64,000 nt of DNA from assembly GCA_965113315.1 (NCBI GenBank), contig OZ220364.1. One strand, given 5' to 3'. Source of the DNA: Podarcis vaucheri. Its lineage: Eukaryota. Positions 50,653 through 62,328 of the stretch are shown one piece after another; positions within the stretch are counted from its first letter, which is position 1, and every line of letters begins with the position of its first letter. The notes beneath the pieces were generated by a model that was not told the origin of the DNA, did not search any database, and worked only from the letters and a program-made list of their open reading frames with translations. The position numbers and the translations under genes are program-made.

Positions 50653-50998
50653 TGAATCGGACAAGTCACCTTCTTGTACAAATGAAAAGACATGGATGAC
50701 TAATGTTGCTGGCTGAACACCCTACAAATTACTGCATAGTGATGGCATGTAGTTCTAGTTGCACTACAAATAGTAGTAAGGTCTTGTGTGTAATTTCCTC
50801 TAAGGAAAACGTGAGATGTGAGGCCTTCAAGGGCATAACGGGGAGGCACTAAGAAGACCATTGACTACAGTGTCAACAGAGTTTAAGGTCCTTTATCTTG
50901 TCCTTCGAAATGAGAAGACAGTCTCCTTGGGAAAAGAGAAGAATAGGAAATGTTAGGCGCAATTTTTCATGGGGCAAAATAAGTTGAACTTTACTATA

Positions 50999-51224
50999 CA
51001 GTGGTACCTCGGGTTAATTATTTAATTCGTTCCGGAGGTCTGTTCTTAACCTGAAACTGTTCTTAACCTGAAGCACCACTTTAGCTAATGGGGCTTCCCG
51101 CTGCTGCCACGCTGCTGGTGCACGATTTCTGTTCTCATCCTGAAGCAAAGTTCTTAACCCGAGGTAATATTTCTGGGTTAGCGGAGTCTGTAACCTGAAG
51201 CGTATGTAACCAGAGGTACCACTG
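50999..51224. mobile_element. Tc1/mariner (Tigger/pogo-like) MITE
   Basis: TIRs CAGTGGTACCTC.GGTTA / TAACC.GAGGTACCACTG, TA TSD. Confidence 0.87.
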
Positions 51225-51610
51225 TACTTTTAACTTCGGGAGTTTCCTCTTCATATCTTTATTTCAATCTTTAAAAGCTCCAGCTAGCTCAGTATTGTTG
51301 ACGCTGGCTGCAGCTCTCCAGTTTTTCAGTGAAGTTTTTTTCCCATCACCACTTGGAGATGTGGGGATTGAACCTGAGATATTTTGCATGCAGAGCATTG
51401 TATCTGCCATCAAATTACATGGGGACGGCCATGGAGCTAAGGAACTGTTTGGAGATTTAAAGAACCCGAGTCATTCAAAGAACAAAGAGTTTCCAGAACT
51501 TCTCTTTTTGTTTGTTTATAAAACATGGAGTAAAGTTAGGTTTAAAATGGGACATTTCCTGCAGATATGTATCTTTTGGTTTCTAATGAGTGTTGCTGTG
51601 TTTGTTTCAG

Positions 51611-51724
51611 GTACTGGAAAACTGGGATTTTCATTTGTGAGAATCACAGCTCTCATGGTGTCCTGCAATCGGTTGTGGGTTGGGACAGGCAACGGCGTCA
51701 TTATCTCCATTCCATTAACAGAAA
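51611..51724 (+). CDS. SPAG9: SPAG9 exon (TGKLGFSFVRITALMVSCNRLWVGTGNGVIISIPLTE)
   Basis: ttcag acceptor, A|gtaagt donor, 114 nt. Confidence 0.95.
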
Positions 51725-53486
51725 GTAAGTGCGATAAGAAAAGTAGATTAAACAAGAATGCCACTATTTCAGACCAGATAAACTCTTGCGCTGGCCCGTG
51801 TTTGGTGTTCTCCAGCAACTCTGGTAAATTTTCTGATTTCAGTCTGGTCCGATTCTGTAGTTTTCACAGGGATTCTCAGGGACTGGCAGCTTCATATACT
51901 AAGACAACAGCAAACCTCCTCAGAGATTTGATGGTACTCCTCTGTATTTACAATTGCAAGCAGATGGAGGTGGGCACACTAGATGTAATGCTAAGTAAGT
52001 CCTTAGAAAACACATCAGTTTTCTAATTTAATAGCAAATGAGGGGCTTATCTAACAACTTTGTGCCTCGTCATCTTCCCACTGCGTCAGCCACTTCTCCC
52101 TCTTCAATAGACCCAACCCAACTGTAATGCTGCTGCTTTCATCCTTCTGCCCTGTTTGCTTTGGAATTCCTGATAGATTCTGCAGGTGATGCCTTTCTCT
52201 TCTCTGGCTGCCACAATCCCAGCCCCTAGCTAGAAAAACAGACATAGAGGGAGCTGCTTCTGTTCCGAGCTTGTAAATGCTAGGGACGACTAGATTCAAT
52301 TTCTAACTATTTTCTGGATCTGCCTAAAATGTACACGCGATTAAGGAAACTGTTATAAAATACTATTTTGTTTAATACCCAGCCCACTTCATTCCATAAA
52401 TCCTTGCCCCAAAACTCTCTGCTTGGGGCTTCCATTTTTGAATACTTATTTAATCATGTTTAAATAACTACAGATTTTTCTCTCACTATGCTGAAAATGC
52501 ACACTTTTCTAGTATAATATTGGTGTAATGCTGGGGTGGACTGTTGTGGGTTGTCATGGTATATTTTGCTATTGATGAATTCTTTCATATCAGTTGCTTT
52601 GAACACCACATGCATTGTTTTCCATGCTGTACCATTACATTGATCATCCATTAAATGTCCGGTTTTGCGTTGCAATTATGTGCATTCAATCAAAAACAAC
52701 TACTTTGAATTGCAACAGTTTTTAAAATGGTGAAAATGCTCCCGAAAATCAGCTACATATTCACCTTAGGCATTTTTTTTAAAATAAAATGCAGTTAACT
52801 TTTTTTTAGAGGATAGAAAAGAGGAATTGGTGTTTTTTTATATATATGCTTCTAGGACTAAATAGGCAAGAATATGTAGAGATTGCTGAGCTGGACAGAT
52901 ATCCTTACCGCCACCAGTTGTTTTAGCAACAGGTGCTCCCAACTCCATATAAGGTGTTCTAACGATTGTGACGATAATGTTTGTGACATTATCCTTACCA
53001 CCTAGACAGCATCAGTGGAACTTCAGAGGAATAGGTAAGTATGGGGGTGGTGGAGGGGAAAAAGTCGGGTGACAGCTACCCACCCCCTTACCTAAGACAA
53101 TGCCCACTGCTTGTTGGCACACAAACTAAAATGTGAGAAACAGAGCTGGTGGATCTTTTTTTTTCCCCCTTTCCCTTTCCTGGAGGAGGAGATGGCAGTC
53201 TTATTCCTGTCAAATTTGATGGTGTCCGTTCTTGAAGAAAAGAGAGAAAGGGGAAACGCAGTTTGCCAATATGTCAGAATATTAAAGGTGCTCCTACTTC
53301 CTTTGGCCACTGAAGCTGAAAGAAAGATGTTCATTTATCTCCTTCTGATTGTACCTTCTTGTAGTTAGGAGCTTAATATATAAAGCTCTTATCAAAAACC
53401 AGAACGCAAGTGGTGGGTTCTCATTAATCCTTCTCCTCTGCTGTCATACCTATCCATTTTTCCCCTTTCCTCCTTTCTTACTTTAG

Positions 53487-53525
53487 CTGTAATCCTCCAC
53501 CAGGGACGTTTACTGGGGCTGAGGG
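53487..53525 (+). CDS. SPAG9: 39-nt cassette exon (TVILHQGRLLGLR)
   Basis: Long pyrimidine tract + tag, G|gtaagt donor, phase 1-1; matches the recalled SPAG9 alternative exon and the JIP3 equivalent. Confidence 0.9.
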
Positions 53526-54577
53526 GTAAGTGCTGATCCCAAACAAAAAACAGTTCTGTTTTCTCAGGCTTCTCTAATAGCCACTCTGAGGCTGTTTCCC
53601 ATTTCTCTAAAATTTACTCCCCCCCCCCCTTTGTATGTTCCTAAACCGTTTTTCCACTTGAGGTTACCTGCATTGCAGTTTTTTATGTTTGCTAAATGAC
53701 CACCAAACCCGCTGAGCAGTTTAGTGTCTTCATCTTTTGTTGCAGCTGAACTTTTCATGCCGGCTTCTTGTTTTTCTTCCAGCACCATTTGTAATATCAT
53801 AACCTTATAAGTGTCATTAATCCACATCATATTTCTCTTGTTACAAATCACATTTCTTTCCCTCTTCTGATACTGTTACGAGTGGAGATAGTTTTGTGTG
53901 TCTAGCATACAAAATCACTTTGTGGAATTGAAACTAAGGACTTAAAATACGCCCCCATTCGTTGCCTCTCTCTCCTTCCCAACTCTTGGCTTTAAGAGAT
54001 CTAAGAATCATGGTTGCCAAGAAATATTTTCTTTAAAAGGAGAGTTCTGTGGCAGTTTAAAGGCAGGCTAAATTTATTGGAGCAAAAGCCTTTGTGGACA
54101 TGTCCATTGAAGCCAATGTCACAATAAATGTGTTTGTTTTTAAGGTGCCAAAGAACTTTGGAGTGTTGGTTACAGCAGACTAACAAGACTATCCTCTGGA
54201 ATTCCCTTCTTGAGCATCATTTACCTATGTTAGAAGTCTATATTTCACTGATAAGCCCAGTCCGTGGATCCCCTGTGGAAAAATCTGACATGCATACTTT
54301 TTGTGAATATAGGTTTTGTTTTGCAAAAACGTACAATTTATGCTAGACTAGCAAACTACTCCCTTTCTTCCCTGAGGTATTTCAAATAACTAAGCATGCT
54401 GTCTTATTCCTTTCCAGCTCTGTCTTGAAACGGCATCTTCTTGCCCTTTTGTTTCATTTATCTAAGTTGGCTTTAGCTTCTAGACTGGTAACCGTGTGGT
54501 TTCGTGATGAAACCGAACTTTGCCATATTTGCAGCTGTCCCTTTCAAGTGGGAAACATTTCCTTTCTCTCTCCCTAG

Positions 54578-54754
54578 CTAACAAAGCAGCAGCAGGTTCT
54601 GGCAACCGTCCAGGCAGCGTAATACGTGTATATGGCGATGAAAACAGTGATAAAGTGACACCTGGGACCTTTATACCTTATTGTTCAATGGCACACGCAC
54701 AGCTTTGTTTTCATGGGCATCGTGATGCTGTTAAATTCTTCGTTGCAGTACCTG
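54578..54754 (+). CDS. SPAG9: SPAG9 exon ([20 protein letters not shown]...KFFVAVP)
   Basis: cctag acceptor, G|gtaagt donor, 177 nt. Confidence 0.95.
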
Positions 54755-55763
54755 GTAAGTTTTGTGCGGGACTCCTCCATTCAGTTTTCAGGTTTTTTTT
54801 TTACAGTTAACGTGCTGAGTGTGACGGTCATGGATGATATTCCACATGGTGCTAGCAGATAAAATGTAGCTCTCCCTTCTGCTCCTCCCTCTTGCAGCTT
54901 CCCATGACACTCTTAATCTGCTCCAGAGGAACTTCCAAACGTCTGGAGCAGGTTTTGGCATGGAGGGCGGGGAAGAAAGGAAGGGGAAGTCTCATTGCGG
55001 ACAATGAAAGTCTGTTGTGCAAACGGGCTGGTGAATGGATGGAAAGACCAGCAAGGAGATGATTACCAGAGTCTAGACAAGAACTGACTGGAGCTTTGTT
55101 GGCAAGCTTTTCAGTTCCATCATCTCATGCAGGAGGAAAAAGTATAGTTTGTTGCTTCAACAACTAACCAATTGTACCAGCAAGGTGCAATTCAAAGGCC
55201 TCGTTGAATCCCAGCCATCAATACTCCCCTCAAGTATTGTTAATATTCAGGGAAAGAGATACCAGCTTTGCTGCACCTCTCAATTTTTGCAAGAATGCCA
55301 TAGTTTTAATTTTAAGCGGGTTACCTATACAGTGCAAACGTTAAGCAATGTGTCACTACTCAGAAATATTTATTTATGAAAGGCACTTAATAACTAGCAT
55401 ATCTAAGCGGAGCGCATAAAAATAAACCATACAGAGAGTAAAACAAAAAAGTCGTCATAAAACTGAGTGCTACCTTAATTTTTGCTGTCCCAATGTTTAC
55501 AATTTCTTTTCATGCGTCGTGAGAGATGACAATAGTTTAGCAAAGATGTTTAAGATTATCTAGGCAAGAAGGTCAGACACACTTAGTAGTGAAGCAGGGA
55601 GTGACAGTCATTAAGTTTTTTTGTAATACAACGAGAAGGGTTTTTCTTTTTGTTTGTGGGGGGATGGGGACGGACGACTGTTTGTCAGCATCTGCTTAAT
55701 GACTTCAGGAACAGTACTCCATAAATCATAATGTTGTTGATGCTTCCCCCCCCCCAACATTAG

Positions 55764-55910
55764 GTCAGGTTATTTGTCCACAGACAGGAGGAGGCCCAGA
55801 GCCACCCAGTGATAAATCTGCCATATCCACGCAGGAATCCAACAGCCAGGCTCCCTTAAAATCCATGTTGGTGATAAGTGGAGGAGAAGGGTACATTGAC
55901 TTCAGGATGG
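55764..55910 (+). CDS. SPAG9: SPAG9 exon (QVICPQTGGG...SMLVISGGEGYIDFRM)
   Basis: ttag acceptor, G|gtaaga donor, 147 nt. Confidence 0.94.
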
Positions 55911-56515
55911 GTAAGAACCTTTAATTAACTTAGAACAATTCAATAAAATGCTAGAAGATATGATCACTTCTTTCCACCCCGACTGAACTATGATTTGAGG
56001 ATGGTTTGATTTCAGAAGGTTTCCCAAAACTCCCCTAAACTTCTGTATTGTCGATGAACTTGTATCAGTGACAATTTAGACAGGCCGGATTATCCATAGC
56101 AATGGATTGGAAATGAAAAATCTTCTTCCGGCCTGATGGGTCGTCAAATATCCTCAACAAGCGGCAGGTACTACTCACCTCATCTCTGGCTGTGTCTCAA
56201 ATTGCAACCAGTTCACAGTGTCCCATAAAACTCCATGGAAGCCATTGATAACTAATCCCATCACTGTGCCTCCCCTGTTTTCCACTTAATCCCACTCTGG
56301 GTTCCTAGTTTTGATAGCAATGCGGTGATGAAGGTATGAACCTGATGCACCTTTCCATAGTTTATGGCTAGTAAACCCTTTTTTTAAAAAAAATAATCCC
56401 ATTTATTCAAGCCTGTGATTATCAGAACATTTGATTTCCCCCTCCCCCTTTCATAAAACAGATTGTTTTGAATTATACAAATTATTCCAATTTTGTTCCT
56501 AGTAATTCTGGCATA

Positions 56516-56868
56516 GGGACGCGGGTGGTGCTGTGGGTTAAACCACAGAGCCTAGGACTTCCTGATCAGAAGGTCAGAGGTTCGAATCCCTGTGACGGGG
56601 TGAGCTCCCGTTGCTCGGTCCCTGCTCCTGCCCACCTAGCAGTTCGAAATCACGTCAAGTGCAAGTAGATAAATAGGTACCGCTCCAGCGGGAAGGCAAA
56701 CAGCATTTCTGTGCGCTTCTCTGGTTCGCCAGAAGCAACTTAGTCATGCTGGCCACATGACCCGGAAGCTGTATGCCAGCTCCCTCGGCCAATAAAGCGA
56801 GATGAGCGCTGCAACCCCAGAGTCGGCCACGACTGGACCTAATGGTCAGGGGTCCCTTTATCTTTACC
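56516..56868 (+). mobile_element. Sauria SINE
   Basis: GGGACGCGGGTGG start, GGTTCGAATCC B-box, CCTTTA tail; TSD TAATTCTGGYAT at 56503 and 56869. Confidence 0.9.
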
Positions 56869-57049
56869 TAATTCTGGTATGCTGCTTGTTACAGATTACT
56901 GCCAGGAGACTACAAAAGAGTTTAGATTTTTTTCTGTCACTGTTTCATGCTGGTTTTCACATATGTGTTATTTGTTTATTGTTGGGAGCCGCTTTGAGTT
57001 GCTTCTCAAATGTGTCTGGCAAGTTTAATAAATGGCTTTTGCTTCCAAG

Positions 57050-57552
57050 TGAGACCGGGTTGCGCTTGGGCCACCAGGTGCCACCCCCGCCTCAGCACGG
57101 TGCAGGGTAGCATCCCATGTCACACTGAGGGTGTCCCGGCCACGCCATTTGCCAGACGACCAATCAGGACGCTGTGGGGGCGTGGCCGGGGCCAATTTAA
57201 ACCACGGCGCGACTCTGGAATCATGTGTAAGGGTATTCCGTTAAAGGGATCCAGGGGTGTGGCTCTTGTCTGAAGCCCGGGGAGGGGCTAGGGCTATGCC
57301 ATGACCCCAGCAGGAACCCAGGGGGGCTCGAGTTGACCCACATCGGCGGGGCTCTCCCTACTGGTGATTTACCCTTCCAGACTTCCTGCAAGGCGGGCAG
57401 GAGTCAGATATAGTCTGTGGATGCAATGCCCAAGTCAATACCGCTCACATTCTGTAACCAATAAAGTTGTGGCCTAAATTTTGCCCATTAAGACTAACCT
57501 AAATTCTGTGTCCTTGTGTCTTTATTATCCTGGGGGTGGCTTGGGGGTCTTG
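57050..57552 (+). mobile_element. Probable solo LTR (CpG-rich)
   Basis: TGAGACC...GGTCTTG termini, CCAAT at 57160, TTTAAA at 57196, AATAAA at 57460, GT-rich U5-like end; no clean TSD. Confidence 0.6.
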
Positions 57553-57877
57553 AAGTGCAAATAATAATGAGAAGAGAAACCCATTTGTGTTAGGGGCAGG
57601 CTACTGTTGTATTCTTTAAGAGCTCTCTGGTTCTTAAACTTTAGCAGTACCATTGCAGACATGGCGGGCAACAGATGGCAATGGGTTATATGTGTGCTAT
57701 TATGTGCATACATACATAACCTGCAACATGGTGTATTTTAGTAATATTTCTGTTTTCATTGAGTTCAGGCGACAGCTGTTTTTCCTTTGGACTCAAATTT
57801 CTAGTGGGCTACTGCAGCCTTTCTTTGTATCCCCTGGAATCACCTGTTCACATAAAATGTTCTGCCTTCCTTCCCAG

Positions 57878-57993
57878 GTGATGAAGTTGGTGAATCAGAA
57901 ATCCTTGGAGAGGCACTACAACTAGAGCCTTCTGTAGCCAAAGCTGAGAGGAGCCACCTGATAGTGTGGCAGGTTATGTGCGGCAGTGAATAA
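57878..57993 (+). CDS. SPAG9: SPAG9 last coding exon (DEVGESEILGEALQLEPSVAKAERSHLIVWQVMCGSE*)
   Basis: cccag acceptor, TAA at 57991-57993. Confidence 0.95.
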
Positions 57994-60900
57994 GCCCCTC
58001 CCTCGGAAAGCGGCTTGAGACTGCAAAAGCTTTTGCATGTCTTTTGTTTTCATTTTGTTTCTGTGGAACCTGTTTCACTACATTTGAGCATTTCTTTGCC
58101 ATTTGACTTTATATCACATACCTCTCAAACCTTAACAATACAAGAAATTTGCTTGTGCTGTTTTACTGCATCAGTGTTACGCAGCGAGAACAAATTGGTT
58201 TCCCCAGACAAATGCTGTACAGTAATTAGGTCTCCCAAATGCCCCACTGCAATAGAATTCAGTTTATTTTATGGTGCCACTTTTACAACAAATTTAGTCG
58301 AAGCATCTTGAATTCATCTGCACATTTGAGTAAAACAGCAAAGTTATTTCCGGTGTACTGTTTCAAAAATATCAGATGAATTATATCTAAGTGTCATTCT
58401 GTGCATTCGGTGAGGATTAAAACAAGATGTAAGTTCTTTATTTTTTCACTTCTAAATCCTCCCAAGCTTGTTTGCCCTGATGTATTGAATGTGCTTTGCT
58501 CATATCAAGGTCCATGGGCTGATAACATAAAGTTTCTTGTTTAATTGCCAGTAGCACTAAAGATGAAAAGTACTGCCCTTAATAATGATAATTGTGGTAT
58601 TTTATGGGGAGAATCCTTTCCTAGTTTCCCTATGTACTTGGGACGTAATCAAGCTGTTCCCATCTTGATTAATCTCAAAGAATATTCTTAGAATTATTTG
58701 CAGCCTGATTGTATGTTCCTTGGGCAGAGGATAGGTCACCTTTGCACACCTATCATCTTGGATCCCAGCTGGTCAGGTTCATGATACGTGACGTAAACAG
58801 ACTCAAATAGGGAGCAAATTAGCTGAGAGCTTTTAACTACTCAAGTGAAAAATCACCCCTAAATTGGTTCCAGATGCATTGTTGTTTATAATCCATTTAA
58901 CTATGTATGTGAAATTGTATGCAGAGAGTTGCCGATCACTTGCAATGGTGTGGTCACTTACGTTAATGGGACAGAATCACTGTAAATGGTCTGGGAGTCT
59001 ACCCCCGAGTCTGAGGAAACAAAAATAACTCCATCCAACTCATTCTGTTTTACTACAAGCTTTGGAAAGCGTGATCTCCTTTGCTACAGATTTCCCCAAT
59101 TGAATGCTAGCCTTTTAATTCCTTAAAAGGTGTAGCAGCTTCCTAATATTTCATTTCTTGGAAAGTATGAATTAAAATATTAATGTTCATCTGGTACCTG
59201 CCAAGAGACTGTGGCTATTCCCATTAGATGGGAGCAGATTTTAGTGACAGAATGGAAGATTTTCAAAAGCGTTTCAAATTAAGTAAAGGAACAGTCTTGA
59301 AAAACTGCCTAAACATTTTTATGCAATAGGAGCAGTTTGGGATCTGTCAAGGAAACATGTATTTATATATAATATATATACACACACACACACACATTAA
59401 TTTTTTTAAAATCATGTTAAGCTGAGATCTATTGTGTAAATATTTATTTAGGCAGCTTTTTAAAAAAAGAAATGAGCGTCTTACCTGATTAAAAAAAAAT
59501 TAGTAAAACAACATTCAGGTCTATTGGTTATAGATTTATATGTATAAATACTTTTTAAGCACCATATTTTGTACACAACAGATAAGTTCTGGTAAGTATG
59601 TATTTAGACCATGAAATGTGTGGTTAAAATTTATTGAATGTCTTTGGTAATAGAATTTTTTCCTCCAATATGCCAAAAGCGATAAGTGATCACAATTTAC
59701 TCAACATTTTCAAATGGCTAAACTGTGTTTAGAAAATTTGAGAAAACGAACCCTGATCTAAAAACCTTATGGAAGATCCAGAAAAGCATGTAGCTTTTTC
59801 TCGTCTTTGTTTTCCAGAATGCTCTCACGTGCATAAATACACCACACTCATTTGTGTTGCAAATCCAAGCACTTATCCAATACTGGAGAGAATGCAATTC
59901 AATTTGGAGAGGATGTTCAGAGGGGGTAAAGGCCTTTTGCTGCATGTGCCTAACTTGGCACAGAGAACTGTATCAAGACACACATTTTGGCTTTTATACT
60001 ACCCACTCCTAGCTGTATGTACAGCATGTAATATTGTGTGTCCAAATGAAATGCTCACTAATTCTTCACAGTTTCATGAGCCCATCAACTTTAAATCCTG
60101 CACTCTTGTGGGCACCTCTGTAATCCTTTCATGGTATGATTTCTTGGAAAGTATTCTCCAGATCGTTTATGGGTGGCTGAATCGCTACATTCACATTCTT
60201 GGAAAAACATACTTATTTTCCATTTTAGTGTGGTGCTTTCCTTAATTATTATTTTTTTTAAATTAAGGAGCTATTTCTCCGAAGTGCTTCACTGCTGTCA
60301 GACAATAGATGCACCTGGGTAGCATTTTTAATAGCTTGCCAGTTGTAGTGAGTAAACTGAGCCATTCTGTTCTCATCGAGTCAAGTGCTATTCACAGCAG
60401 AGGAGTCAACGGTCCAGCAGAGACTTCAGCACTATTTTTCAGTGCAAGTGAGAGATTGGCACATGTTCTCTTTCCCTTGTTCATTTTTAAATGTATCCCT
60501 TGTCGTAAAGAATAGCAGGTTTAGATGGTGGACGTCACCACCATTCACTAAGATTTAAACACTCCCCGTTCCAGCGCACTTTTTAAACGATAGGTGGTAA
60601 AGCTCGCTAAATTTCATGCATCAAATGATTGCCTAAAAGAATAAATAATCTGTTTTGAGAATGTCTTATGTATCACGTACTCATAGTTCTAAAATCAGGA
60701 GTTGGAATGAATCTCTTGATAGTTAACAGTTTGTTAATAGTTTGAGAGAGCATTTCAAGCACAAAAATATGCAGCACATGATTTGTCTGAATAGATGTGT
60801 CTTGCATGGTAAAAGGTAAAATGAAATTTATATATCCTGCCATACTGTTCATTTCTTTGTAAGGTCTTCCTGCGTTGGGTCAGTTAGAACTGGCAGAGTG

Positions 60901-61555
60901 TAGACACTTTATCATAGGCTGCCTTAGTAACTACAAAATGTTTTTATAATCTTCTAATATGCTAACTGTTCTAATGAACATGGTGTCTTGAAGATAATGT
61001 GTAACTGAATATTTATTTCCATGTGAGTATTATGAAAGTTACCAAAGGACTGAAACTGACTTGGCACTCTTGCAGTTGACCCTGTGCATAAAGGATCTTA
61101 TAAAGATCCTAAATTTGTAAAAATGACACAGAGTGGAAAAAACACATTTCTTTGTGGATGCTAACTTTATTTTCCTAACAGGGTTATGCCATATTGTAAC
61201 AACCTATGTTGCACCTCAAAACTTTGTTCTATCCACTAAATATTTTTCCTTCCCTCTAACAATTTCTTTGCTGCACATTTCTCAATCTTTTAAACATGTT
61301 TTAACACATTTTATGGTCTTTAATTTTTCTGAAAATGTTGTCTAGACACTTTATGCTGAATTTTAATTGCCTCTGTAACCTTGAGATGGATACTGCAGCA
61401 TTAAAATTGCTGTCTGTTTAAAACTTGAGGCTTCTTTCTGTGAGCCAGAAAGCTCATATAGCAGTGAAGTTATTTCAGTATTTATTATTGAATCCTTGGG
61501 GGTTCAGAATGTAACTTTGTACATGAAATATATATAAATATGTATATGAAACGCA
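57994..61555 (+). other. SPAG9: SPAG9 3' UTR (3' end approximate)
   Basis: AT-rich, no recognisable transposons; AATAAA at 60640, ATTAAA at 58416/59171/61400; TGTA motifs, TATAAA near 61533 and GT-rich sequence after it. Confidence 0.55.
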
Positions 61556-61926
61556 TCCTTGCTTTAGTGTCTTTCTTACACCCCTGTGATGAGGTTATAA
61601 TAATTAAGGATTTATTCCATCTTGTCAGAAATAGCTTTTTGCAAGAGTAATGCAAAGATGACCACAGATTGATTTTTATGCTGTCATGTATTCAGCATGT
61701 ATTTGTGTGGTTAAGGAAATGTAGGTGATTACACCTATGCAACCCCATACTTTACCTGACCAAATTGGCCATGGTAACAGCCACTTAATAACAATAATGA
61801 AAAGACAAAACTCCAAATGTCATTTTGTAAGCACCATTGATTCATATTGTTGAAGTATGTAAGGTCTTCATGTCATTATTGAGTAGAAGAGATGCATGGA
61901 GAAAGGAGGACTCAAGGCACCCTTTG

Positions 61927-62057
61927 TAATAATAATAATAATAATTTATTATTTATACCCCGCCCATCTGGCTGGGTTTCCACAGCCACTCTGTGCGGCT
62001 TCCAACAGAATATTAAAATACAATAGTCTATTAAACATTAAAAGCTTCCCTAAACAG
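61927..62057 (-). mobile_element. L2-like 3' end
   Basis: Near reverse complement of 19918-20057. Confidence 0.72.
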
Positions 62058-62128
62058 TGCTTTCTAGCAGGTACCTTGCACCCCTATTAACTGTATGTAA
62101 TAAGGATATCATGTGGCTAACCTAAAAG

Positions 62129-62328
62129 NNNNNNNNNNNNNNNNNNNNNNNNNNNNNNNNNNNNNNNNNNNNNNNNNNNNNNNNNNNNNNNNNNNNNNNN
62201 NNNNNNNNNNNNNNNNNNNNNNNNNNNNNNNNNNNNNNNNNNNNNNNNNNNNNNNNNNNNNNNNNNNNNNNNNNNNNNNNNNNNNNNNNNNNNNNNNNNN
62301 NNNNNNNNNNNNNNNNNNNNNNNNNNNN
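62129..62328. other. Assembly gap (200 N)
   Basis: Run of N. Confidence 1.

Noticed and set aside
51295-52026. Longest ORF (243 aa) as an independent gene
   Set aside because: Only 51611-51724 is JIP4-like and bounded by splice sites; the rest is intron read-through, including a SINE relic
56516-56600. tRNA gene (A/B boxes)
   Set aside because: Head of a Sauria SINE with TSD; the same applies to the tRNA-like heads near 42480 and 28030
59769-60245. 158-aa ORF in the 3' UTR
   Set aside because: No recognisable homology or splice context; not supportable without Ribo-seq or conservation data
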